The position numbers and the translations under genes are program-made. A DNA stretch of 64,000 bases from an uncultured Muribaculaceae bacterium. Lineage in GTDB: Bacteria; Bacillota_I; Bacilli_A; RF39; UBA660. Position 1 is the first letter of the stretch; each line of letters begins with the position of its first letter. The stretch is from assembly GCA_964616485.1 (NCBI GenBank), contig CAZTRB010000005.1:11592-75591 (forward strand). Direction: 5' to 3'. This document shows, piece by piece, positions 35,346 through 43,500 of this stretch. The notes beneath the pieces are model-generated. The model ran no database searches. It was not told the origin of the DNA and saw only the letters and a program-made list of their open reading frames with translations.

Positions 35346-35979
35346 AATCGAAGATATCAATCTTTTCTACCTCTTTTTTATTTTGATACTCTTTCTTGTT
35401 CTTTACTACATCTTCTCTAGTCTTAATACCTTTCTTACCCCACTCATAAAGAATCTTGTCGATATAACGAAGTTCTGGAACACCATTAAATACCGCTTCT
35501 TTAACAGCTTCTTTGACCATCTCTTCACTATAATTCATATCTTGCCATGCTTTTACTATCTCATATTGCATAGGCGATAAGGGCTTACCTAATTCACTCT
35601 CTAATAAACTATAAACGTTATATTCCTTAGTAATTTCATTATTAATATCCTCTATAAAGTAAGTCGCTATCTTTTCAAAGAAACGATCGAGAGATATATA
35701 CTCTTCAGTGACATTTTTCTCATTTTTAACGACTTTAATATTAATTAAATCCTTTTCTTTTAACAAAGAAACATATCTTAAGACTTCTTTAGGAGTAGTA
35801 CCAAAGTCTGCAGAGAACTTATTAATATCGAATAATAATTCCGTACTTAAACCATTTAAATACATCAAAAAGATAAATGTCTCTGAATCGATACCTAACT
35901 TTTTATAAAACTTATATAAATTAAGCGGTATAACGACATTCTTTCCTTTCATAATATCCAAGATCTTTTCTTGTTTCAT
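35314..35979 (-). CDS. dnaD: DnaD-domain replication initiation/membrane attachment protein
   Basis: C-terminal DnaD/DnaB_2 domain (SPMQYEIVKAWQDMNYSEEMVKEAVKEAV...YIDKILYEWGKKGIKT). dnaD-nth order as in Bacillus. Confidence 0.8.
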   Translation of the reverse strand: MKQEKILDIMKGKNVVIPLNLYKFYKKLGIDSETFIFLMYLNGLSTELLFDINKFSADFGTTPKEVLRYVSLLKEKDLINIKVVKNEKNVTEEYISLDRFFEKIATYFIEDINNEITKEYNVYSLLESELGKPLSPMQYEIVKAWQDMNYSEEMVKEAVKEAVFNGVPELRYIDKILYEWGKKGIKTREDVVKNKKEYQNKKEVEKIDIFDYDWMDEEREN

Positions 35980-35987
35980 AAATCCCC

Positions 35988-37067
35988 CTAATAGTTTTTC
36001 TTAATATAGTCAATTATTACTCTATTGTCATTTTCTAAATTACCCTTTAATATTTTATCTTCAATATCTGTGAATATCATCGCTATTTTTAATTTGGAAT
36101 CGACCACTTCTAAGATCTCATTTCCTTTGATGTTAATATCTCTTTTAGAATATATAGGTAAAGAGCTATATTTCTCCGTTATAGCAAGACGATCTTTACC
36201 TAAGATATCTGCCGCTACTTGATTAATATAAAGACCATACTTATATAGTGTCTTTCTACTTATACCAGTCTTAACGACACTCTTAATATTTTTAATAATC
36301 TCTTTCTCATGCTTAGTAAAATTATATCTATCGGAGACATCGATCGATGACCATGCTCCTAAAAGATCGCTTTTAAAGACTATTTTCTCTAGATTATATA
36401 GTTCCAATTCCTTATCTAAACCTAATTCTAAAAGAAGAGATACTCCATAAGAAGCGTTCGGATTAGAAAATATTTTATCTAACTCTTGTCTCTTTCTCTC
36501 ATAAGATAAACCTACTAAATTTTGTTTAGTATCTATTATAGCTTTTTTTACTTCATCACACAACTTAAAATTTAGTGAAGTAGCAAATCTCACAGCCCTT
36601 AATATTCTAAGAGAGTCTTGCTCAAACTTATCATAAGCATTACCCACCGTCTTTATAATCTTGTTGTCGATGTCTTCCATACCATTTAGAAGATCTAGTA
36701 TACTTCCTTTGCTATCGATACATAGAGTATTTATCGTAAAGTCTCTTCTTTTTAAGTCCTCTACTAAATCATCGATATATTCTATCTCGACAGGTATTCT
36801 ATTATTATGATATTTTATCTCTCTACGGAAGGTCGTTATCTCAAATCTTTTACCATGAGAATAAACGGTAATTGCACCATAATTTTCATTTGGTAACAAT
36901 CCTTCTTCAAAAATCTTTAACAACTCCTGTGGTTTAGCATTAGTCGTTATATCGACGTCTAAAGAAGACATACCTAAAATATAATCTCTTACGAATCCTC
37001 CTACTATGTAAGCCTGAAAACCTGAACTCTCTAATTTTTTTAATAATTTTAATGAAGTCTTTAACAT
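35988..37067 (-). CDS. cca: CCA-adding tRNA nucleotidyltransferase
   Basis: YIVGGFVRDYILG...DVDITT and RRDFTIN motifs of the class II nucleotidyltransferase head. Confidence 0.88.
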   Translation of the reverse strand: MLKTSLKLLKKLESSGFQAYIVGGFVRDYILGMSSLDVDITTNAKPQELLKIFEEGLLPNENYGAITVYSHGKRFEITTFRREIKYHNNRIPVEIEYIDDLVEDLKRRDFTINTLCIDSKGSILDLLNGMEDIDNKIIKTVGNAYDKFEQDSLRILRAVRFATSLNFKLCDEVKKAIIDTKQNLVGLSYERKRQELDKIFSNPNASYGVSLLLELGLDKELELYNLEKIVFKSDLLGAWSSIDVSDRYNFTKHEKEIIKNIKSVVKTGISRKTLYKYGLYINQVAADILGKDRLAITEKYSSLPIYSKRDINIKGNEILEVVDSKLKIAMIFTDIEDKILKGNLENDNRVIIDYIKKNY

Positions 37068-37080
37068 CGCATCTCCTCTG

Positions 37081-37560
37081 TTAATAATTATTATCTAAAT
37101 AAGTTATAATCTCTTTAATATCTTTTTCAAATAAAGTACCGAAAGCTAAGTCGATATACCATTCTTTCGTTTCTTTAATATATTTATCGATAAAATTTTT
37201 ATTAGCAAGGACAACCTCTTTAAGATTACAAAGACGATCCGCTAATTTAACGGTCTTGGCAGCTTCATTTAAAGAGATTCTCTCTATATAGTTAGACATA
37301 TCATAATTATCTTCTTTAGTAAGTAAAACGACTATATTAGCTATCTCAACACTCGTTAAAGAAGATAACTCTTCATAAGTAGTATCCGTATCTTCTAAAA
37401 GATCATGACATAGAGCAATGACCTGATATTTTTCATCAAAGCCTTTTTCTTTTAAAAGAAGAGATACAGAAAAAGGATGTAAATAATAAGGTGTCCCTTG
37501 AATTCTCTTTTGATCGGCATGTTTTAGTTTAACGAATTCTCTTATATTATCTATATTCAT
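37081..37560 (-). CDS. small HD-domain hydrolase, RelA/SpoT-hydrolase-like (small alarmone hydrolase candidate)
   Basis: 159 aa. HxxxxxxH...HDLLEDT (CHDLLEDTDTTYEEL) and a downstream KLADRLCNL motif, as in (p)ppGpp hydrolase domains. Confidence 0.6.
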   Translation of the reverse strand: MNIDNIREFVKLKHADQKRIQGTPYYLHPFSVSLLLKEKGFDEKYQVIALCHDLLEDTDTTYEELSSLTSVEIANIVVLLTKEDNYDMSNYIERISLNEAAKTVKLADRLCNLKEVVLANKNFIDKYIKETKEWYIDLAFGTLFEKDIKEIITYLDNNY

Positions 37561-37648
37561 ATAGCCCTCTATTAATATTATATCATGTATTATAATGACA
37601 GCAAAACACTAAAACAAAAAAAAAGAAAAGTAAACCTTTTCTTTCTTA

Positions 37649-37921
37649 CTAGTTAACTGCTTCTTTTAATGCTGTACCAGCTTTAAAAGTAACGGCTTTT
37701 CTCGCAGCAATTTTAACTTTTGCTCCTGTTTGTGGGTTACGTCCCTCTCTTGCTTTTCTATGTGAAACTCCGAAAGTTCCAAATCCAGCAACTGGTACCT
37801 TGTTCCCCTTTGCTAATGCATTAGAAATAGTATTAAATACTGCGTCTAAAGCACGTGTTGCATCAGCTTTTGTAAGTCCCGTTTCTTTTGCAACTGCTTC
37901 TACTAAATCTGCCTTTTTCAT
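37649..37921 (-). CDS. hup: DNA-binding protein HU
   Basis: 90 aa. MKKADLVEAVA...GFGTFGVSHRKAREGRNPQTG is the canonical HU sequence. Confidence 0.96.
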   Translation of the reverse strand: MKKADLVEAVAKETGLTKADATRALDAVFNTISNALAKGNKVPVAGFGTFGVSHRKAREGRNPQTGAKVKIAARKAVTFKAGTALKEAVN

Positions 37922-38018
37922 TATATTACCTCCTCCTTTTAAGCATAATATGCTTACATATACAAAATATCACAAATTATTTGTAAAATCAACATATTAT
38001 ACGTATTTTTCAATATAT

Positions 38019-39059
38019 TTACATAATTAACGCTTTTTCATTCAAAACATAGCGATAAGCCTTATTTTCATGGATAATAATAAACGTACTTTCTCTTTTC
38101 CTCTTACTCTCAAAAAACAAGATAGGTATCCTTAATTCATCTTCGATATCGATTAGATCTTTAACGTTAGTTATATCCATTACATTAAATTTACTTAAGT
38201 CTGGTTTTTTAGCCACTTCAGCGATAACATTGGCATAAGTAGTTAAGATCCTATCTCTTTCTTTAGTGTAAGGGTCAGCGTTTTTAAGGTGTAGTACTCT
38301 CTTTAAATAATAGAAGAATAAGACAAATGACACCATTACTAAGAATATTCCAATAGTAAGACCGTACTGATTAACGATGTTATCTTTACTAAAAACATTT
38401 TTATTCTCATTGAAAGATCCCGTTTTATCGACACTTACTACCGTATCCAAAAGAGGAATTTTAGCTGTCATAGTGTGAAGATCAGCGACTTTCTTAGCCG
38501 TTTCTTTAGTCGTAATAAGATTGTTTATTTCAAAGACAACTTTTATATAAGCCTCTGTTAAGATAGAACTTTCTTTTCTAAACTCCAAAGCTTCTTCTTG
38601 ATATTCTTTATAATCGATAGTCGTTTTATAATCAAAGAACACGACTCCTGTCTCTTGTTTTATGACTTTATTTTTAGGAAACAAAACGTCTTCTCTCTTC
38701 CATAATTCTTCCGTTTGAAGGCCGTCTTTATAAGTGTTAACTAAAAACAAAGATATAGAATATTCCGCTTCAGAATCAATTAGATTAATAGACGTAAGGT
38801 CATAAGTAAATTTTAAATCGATATAGTCGATATATTTAGCTAGAATCTTATTCTTATTAATATATTCATCTTTATATAAAAAGTTATCTTTTAGTCTAAA
38901 ATTATACTCGATATCACCGAAAGATTTATAATCGACAACGATATTATTTTTGTTATTTTCTATACTCGTACTATCATAAGTTATAATTGATCCGGCAAAA
39001 AAGAGTAATACCCCTAGTAATAATAATACTATACTTTCCTTTTCTTTAGTTCTTTTCAT
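38019..39059 (-). CDS. DUF5305-like two-TM protein (346 aa), last gene of the accessory operon
   Basis: N-terminal TM helix, an extracytoplasmic domain of about 200 aa, a second TM helix (YGLTIGIFLVMVSFVLFFYYL), then a cytoplasmic C-terminal domain. This topology next to SipW-type peptidases matches what I recall for DUF5305. The assignment is unverified. Confidence 0.55.
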   Translation of the reverse strand: MKRTKEKESIVLLLLGVLLFFAGSIITYDSTSIENNKNNIVVDYKSFGDIEYNFRLKDNFLYKDEYINKNKILAKYIDYIDLKFTYDLTSINLIDSEAEYSISLFLVNTYKDGLQTEELWKREDVLFPKNKVIKQETGVVFFDYKTTIDYKEYQEEALEFRKESSILTEAYIKVVFEINNLITTKETAKKVADLHTMTAKIPLLDTVVSVDKTGSFNENKNVFSKDNIVNQYGLTIGIFLVMVSFVLFFYYLKRVLHLKNADPYTKERDRILTTYANVIAEVAKKPDLSKFNVMDITNVKDLIDIEDELRIPILFFESKRKRESTFIIIHENKAYRYVLNEKALIM

Positions 39060-39073
39060 CTTGACCTCCTATT

Positions 39074-40213
39074 TTAATTATTTAAAAGTTCATTAAACCA
39101 TACTGTAGGATATCCAAAATATGGTAGAGAAACATTATATTTTGCAACTATGTCTTCCGGATAAACTCTCCAGTTATCTTCTGACGAATTATTATCTCCT
39201 TTTGTTATGAGATAATCTATATCACCATTAGATAATCTACTTATATAATTAATCCTGTGAACGACATAGGTATTATCGTATCTATAATAGATTATATCAT
39301 ATTGAACTAAATTATTAATATCTTTATCACTTAATTTTTCTAAAATTAATAAATCTCCTCTTTTAAAAGTATCTTTCATACTATCGGATAAAACGGCCAT
39401 CGGATAATAATTAAATACTCTTAAGATAAACATTATTAATACCGATACGACGATGGCAAGAATAGTTATACCACCATTCTTTTCATCGATAAACCTTCTC
39501 GTTCTAGAATCGCTATTATTAACCAAGGTACTTATATTAAAATAGACGAACATCGGTAGCAACAAACCGAATAGAGTCGTTACAATCCAGGGATGGCTAG
39601 GTAAAATAGGTAAGATGATTAGTAATAGTCTCGTCCATACCAAGTAGATTATAGTCGTCTTATACTTCATATTTCTTTGTAAATAAGTCATGACATAACT
39701 AGTTATAATAAGCGGAAGGACTAATGAAGAAAACATCTTAAAAAGATAACTAAACTCACTTACAGAGAAAATATATAAGACATTCATACTACTGAAAGCC
39801 AATAAAAATGAAATGATACTATTATTAATTAAAGTATCTTTGGAGTTGGTAATTAACTTATATCTTATATACTCGTTTACCGTTATCGTTCCAATAGTAG
39901 TAAAAACAACTTTTAAAAGAGTAATTAAAGACCTATTATATATCGATTTCTCATAACCAAAGAAAAGACCAGACATAAAATATATTAAAGAATATATTAT
40001 TAAGATTATTATTATGTTTTGAGTCTTATCGTAGTTATCTTTGCTCTTAGTATATTTAGTATCGAATAAAAAGAAGAAAGTAACTGCTATTATCGATAAA
40101 ATTATCATATTCATTATTCCTGCATACACAGAGAAGATAGAAGTAACTAGATAATTTTGAAATATTATATATAAAAACAGTATTATATATGTTAAATATA
40201 TTTTCTTCATCAT
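39074..40213 (-). CDS. SipW-type (S26B, archaeal/ER-type) signal peptidase I fused to an N-terminal polytopic membrane domain of about 270 aa
   Basis: C-terminal AVLSDSMKDTFKRGDLLILEKL...VVHRI...ITKGDNNSSED parallels B. subtilis SipW (SGSMEP..GD.., H, TKGDNN). The N-terminal two-thirds form about 7-8 hydrophobic helices. Start MMKKIY (40213 or 40210) with GGAGGA directly upstream; the track start at 40261 is unlikely. Confidence 0.75.
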   Translation of the reverse strand: MMKKIYLTYIILFLYIIFQNYLVTSIFSVYAGIMNMIILSIIAVTFFFLFDTKYTKSKDNYDKTQNIIIILIIYSLIYFMSGLFFGYEKSIYNRSLITLLKVVFTTIGTITVNEYIRYKLITNSKDTLINNSIISFLLAFSSMNVLYIFSVSEFSYLFKMFSSLVLPLIITSYVMTYLQRNMKYKTTIIYLVWTRLLLIILPILPSHPWIVTTLFGLLLPMFVYFNISTLVNNSDSRTRRFIDEKNGGITILAIVVSVLIMFILRVFNYYPMAVLSDSMKDTFKRGDLLILEKLSDKDINNLVQYDIIYYRYDNTYVVHRINYISRLSNGDIDYLITKGDNNSSEDNWRVYPEDIVAKYNVSLPYFGYPTVWFNELLNN

Positions 40214-40310
40214 GGTCCTCCTATTATAAATATTATATACTACAACAAAGAAAAAAAACAACTTTTACAGTCTTTTGTACTGTTTAATTGTTTTTTTGTA
40301 AACTTATCTT

Positions 40311-40826
40311 TTAACGAACTACATAGTCAAGTGTCAGCCTCAAGTCTTTTGTTAAGTCTTCAGCGGTAACTTCTTCAGTCATATCTGGATTATAATAAGC
40401 TATAACTTCAAATAATTTGCTTTGTCCGACTTGTAATACTTCACCGGCTTCTATTCCGTTTATTGTATAAATAATAAATCCTTCTCCATAGTCTTTAGGA
40501 TTTAATTCAATGGCATTTAATTTAGCATCTAGGTTTCCTTGATTTCTAACATTAACAACATATTTAACGGTATCACCAGGATCGACAAAAGTAGCGCTAA
40601 ATATAGCGGTCTTAGAATCTAAAACGGTCGATTCTAAACTTTTTCCACTTCCCTCAGTCTCTGTGCTATTAATTGCCGTTATCGCGACGTCAAAGTCAGG
40701 GTTAACGATCGTAGCACTTCCTTTTATTTCTAACTGCGTAGATAAAAGAGCATACCCTACTGACACAAAAACAAGTGCAACTAGTAAAGCTCCAATCATC
40801 GTATTTTTCTTATCTTTATTGCTCAT
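40311..40826 (-). CDS. exported beta-sandwich protein with a SipW-cognate-type signal peptide (TasA/camelysin-like)
   Basis: KKNTMIGALLVALVFVSVGYALLSTQLEIKG resembles the SipW-cognate signal class (G-x-x-A-hydrophobic-hydrophobic-S/T). The mature part has a DPGDTVKYVVNVRNQGNLDAKL motif like TasA/CalY. Strong RBS GGAGGA. Confidence 0.55.
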   Translation of the reverse strand: MSNKDKKNTMIGALLVALVFVSVGYALLSTQLEIKGSATIVNPDFDVAITAINSTETEGSGKSLESTVLDSKTAIFSATFVDPGDTVKYVVNVRNQGNLDAKLNAIELNPKDYGEGFIIYTINGIEAGEVLQVGQSKLFEVIAYYNPDMTEEVTAEDLTKDLRLTLDYVVR

Positions 40827-40880
40827 ATAATCCTCCTATAATAAATTTTAATATATATGGCTTTTATTGTCAATTATTCG

Positions 40881-41948
40881 CTATGAATCTACTACTTTTA
40901 ATTTAAGACGAATCATACTCTTAACCTGATTAAATTGTTCAGTAGAATGAAACATTGTCTGTGAAATTGTCGTTGAACCTACTTTATCACCAGTTACGAC
41001 CCATTCGTAATAGTTTGTTCTTAAGAATGTACTAGGGTCTTTTCTATTTACATAAGGTTCAGAAACAGCTGTCGCATAGTTTTGCCAACCTTTAGCACCA
41101 TCAGCCGTCGTCCTTTGAAGCTGTTTTATTTTACCAGCACTAACTGGAAGTTTTACGATTATTCTAATAGTCTCTCCCTTTTTTACGACTATTTCATCAT
41201 CTCTTTTATATTCTTTTCCGTTATACCAAAGAGTAGGAGTTTGGGCTACTTTACCTATTTTAGGTGAGATATAATAATCATCATTATCAATATCTCCGAC
41301 AAAAGCCCTAGCTTCTTCATCGAGACTAAGATTAGTACTAGTTATTTGACTATTGACTATCTTTTTAACTTCTTCTTCCTTTATTTTAATCTCTTCTATT
41401 TTAGTAGTAGTAACTCCTTTAATAGAGGCTATCTCTTTATCAATACTCTCTTTTAAAATCGTCAAAGTTCTAAAGTCACTATCGACATTCGTCGTTAATT
41501 CATCTTTAGTAGATTGATAAGTCTTATAAGCACTAGTTAAAGTAGTCGTCTCTTCATTATTACTATCTAACTCGTATTTAGGTGAAGGTTCTCTTAGTTT
41601 ATCAAGAGTCTCTTTATTTTTCTCATACTGTAAATCTAAATCTTTAAAAGTCTCTAACATCGATACTAGATTGTTTACTATGCGTTCTGAAACTGGAATC
41701 AATGCTTGTTCGACATTTTTATTAAGATTTTTAATAGCTTCTATTATCTGTGGTAAAAACTCGGACTTTAAATACTCTTGTCCCGCTTCTTTCCAATTCT
41801 CACCGCTCATCGAATCTAATAGATTTGTGTCTATATCAACTATTTTAGTAACATCTTCAAGCACCCTTTTCGCTTTGTTAACAAGTTCTTTTTCACTTTT
41901 GAGTTTTTCATAATAATTATCGTAAGGATTAATATAAAAAATTGCCAT
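40881..41948 (-). CDS. LXG-like T7SS-substrate-type protein with a beta-rich (Ig-like) C-terminal domain
   Basis: No signal peptide. The helical N-terminal region of about 200 aa contains LLDSMSGENWKEAGQEYLKSEFLPQ, which parallels the LXG-domain core of Bacillus LXG proteins as I recall it (DALKGKGGDAIRTFYEECHKPFL). The C-terminal ~150 aa (GETIRIIVKLPVSAGK...YEWVVTGDKVGSTTISQTM) look like a Big-type beta-sandwich, with no nuclease or deaminase motif. Confidence 0.5.
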   Translation of the reverse strand: MAIFYINPYDNYYEKLKSEKELVNKAKRVLEDVTKIVDIDTNLLDSMSGENWKEAGQEYLKSEFLPQIIEAIKNLNKNVEQALIPVSERIVNNLVSMLETFKDLDLQYEKNKETLDKLREPSPKYELDSNNEETTTLTSAYKTYQSTKDELTTNVDSDFRTLTILKESIDKEIASIKGVTTTKIEEIKIKEEEVKKIVNSQITSTNLSLDEEARAFVGDIDNDDYYISPKIGKVAQTPTLWYNGKEYKRDDEIVVKKGETIRIIVKLPVSAGKIKQLQRTTADGAKGWQNYATAVSEPYVNRKDPSTFLRTNYYEWVVTGDKVGSTTISQTMFHSTEQFNQVKSMIRLKLKVVDS

Positions 41949-41964
41949 TTAATCACATCCTTTA

Positions 41965-42288
41965 TTAATTTATATCTAATTTGCTAGTATTGTCTTCTAA
42001 AAATTGAATTCGATTTCTTTCATCGGTATTATAAGCTTCGATTGCTTCTTCTAAAAACAAAATCAAACTCTCTAATTCTTTTATTTCTAAAGGAAAGTTT
42101 TCACTTATCTTTAAATACTTGTCATACATAATTTGTTGAGTCTTACCAACCCAAACATCAGTTTCTCCATTTATTTGCTTTAGATTATGATCTAATTCAT
42201 CGAATTTACTTTCAAGACTAAACTTTTTTTGTTTTAAAAGAGCTACTACTTTTTCAAGTTCTTTAGTATTAATATCTAAATTCATCAT
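41965..42288 (-). CDS. WXG100-family small helical protein (107 aa)
   Basis: Helix-turn-helix size class with a central W46-V-G48 (TGGGTTGGT, complement of 42145-42153). ATGA overlap with the upstream gene. Confidence 0.65.
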   Translation of the reverse strand: MMNLDINTKELEKVVALLKQKKFSLESKFDELDHNLKQINGETDVWVGKTQQIMYDKYLKISENFPLEIKELESLILFLEEAIEAYNTDERNRIQFLEDNTSKLDIN

Positions 42289-42587
42289 AGCTTATCACCG
42301 TCTTTTCTCATTTCAGCAACAAACTCATTATTTCTCTTAGTGTATACCCCCATACAATAGTCTATCTTTTCATAGATTCTTTTCAACCTATGATTCTCAT
42401 ATTTACTTTTTGAAATAAATCCACGATACTTATCACAAAAAGCATCACTATCGACGCCTTTCCAATTTTGTTCGATTATCGGAAGTAAGTCTTCTATTTC
42501 TTTAATTACTTTTTCTATCTCTTCATACTTAGTCTCAATAGATAACGAAACACTATCCATTTCTTGAAATTTAACTTTTAGTTTCAT
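42285..42587 (-). CDS. WXG100-family small helical protein (100 aa)
   Basis: Central W42-K-G44 followed by ..DAF (EQNWKGVDSDAF; complement of 42456-42464). It starts 1 nt after the upstream stop. Confidence 0.65.
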   Translation of the reverse strand: MKLKVKFQEMDSVSLSIETKYEEIEKVIKEIEDLLPIIEQNWKGVDSDAFCDKYRGFISKSKYENHRLKRIYEKIDYCMGVYTKRNNEFVAEMRKDGDKL

Positions 42588-42588
42588 A

Positions 42589-43482
42589 TTAAACTCCTTG
42601 CTTCAATACATCGATATATATTTCGTTAGTCAATAGGGTTTCAACGGTAATATCTAACTTTTTAGCGATGTTATTGATATAGTTTTTATATATACTCATC
42701 TCTTTATTAGTTAAGCCATCCGGTATTTCAGGAGCATAATAAAGAGAGTGAAAAGTTTTAAACAAAAGAGTCTTATTTTTATCCTCGATTAATAGTTCGG
42801 AAAAAGTAATATTACTTGATTCTGCTACTTTTTCTAGATGTTCTTTAGTTATTAAAAAAGTCAGGCTTTGTTCAAAAATATTAAAATCTTTGTTTTTTGC
42901 TAACAATTCTAAAAGTTGTTTTTGAATGACAAAATTATCTTCTGTAGAAAAAACTAAATTTGGTGCGAATCTTTTTAAGTAGAAGATTAAGGCCTTAGTG
43001 TTTTGGCCTCCAAATAAAAGACGATTTAAATTAAATGGGTCTTTTTCGTTAACGTTTTGAACTAGCAAACTTTGTCCAAACGAATCGAAATCAGCAAGGT
43101 CCGTAATCTGGCTATTAGGAAGCATGCTTGGTCCACCTACAGTCTCTCCAATTACACCACTAAATCCACCACCTCCAGTATAGCCACTATAACCACTACC
43201 ATTATTAGTATCATCTTCGACAATCTTACCAAGATTCTCTTCACTAGTTATCATGTCTTCACTATGTCCTCTAAGTCTTCTAATTAATTGTGTTTTATTT
43301 GTAGCAAGACTATCTACGTCTTTTTTAATATCTTCGGCAACAGTCGATAGTTCTAATTCTTTAAATACAGCAAAATCAGTAGCCACCGAAGTAGCGACTG
43401 CTTCCAAAAGGGCCGAAGTCTCTGATAACTTACTAATTACTTCTTCTAATTCTGCAGAGTTATAAATTATTTCATTTGTCAT
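42589..43482 (-). CDS. helical N-terminal (Lap1/SACOL2603-like) protein with Gly-rich linker and unknown C-terminal domain (297 aa)
   Basis: N-terminus MTNEIIYNSAELEEVISKLSETSALLEA resembles the DUF3130/TIGR04197-type start of T7SS accessory proteins. Gly-rich linker NNGSGYSGYTGGGGFSGVIGETVGG. The C-terminal ~170 aa are unassigned. No signal peptide. Confidence 0.45.
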   Translation of the reverse strand: MTNEIIYNSAELEEVISKLSETSALLEAVATSVATDFAVFKELELSTVAEDIKKDVDSLATNKTQLIRRLRGHSEDMITSEENLGKIVEDDTNNGSGYSGYTGGGGFSGVIGETVGGPSMLPNSQITDLADFDSFGQSLLVQNVNEKDPFNLNRLLFGGQNTKALIFYLKRFAPNLVFSTEDNFVIQKQLLELLAKNKDFNIFEQSLTFLITKEHLEKVAESSNITFSELLIEDKNKTLLFKTFHSLYYAPEIPDGLTNKEMSIYKNYINNIAKKLDITVETLLTNEIYIDVLKQGV

Positions 43483-43500
43483 ATAATCACCTACTTATTA

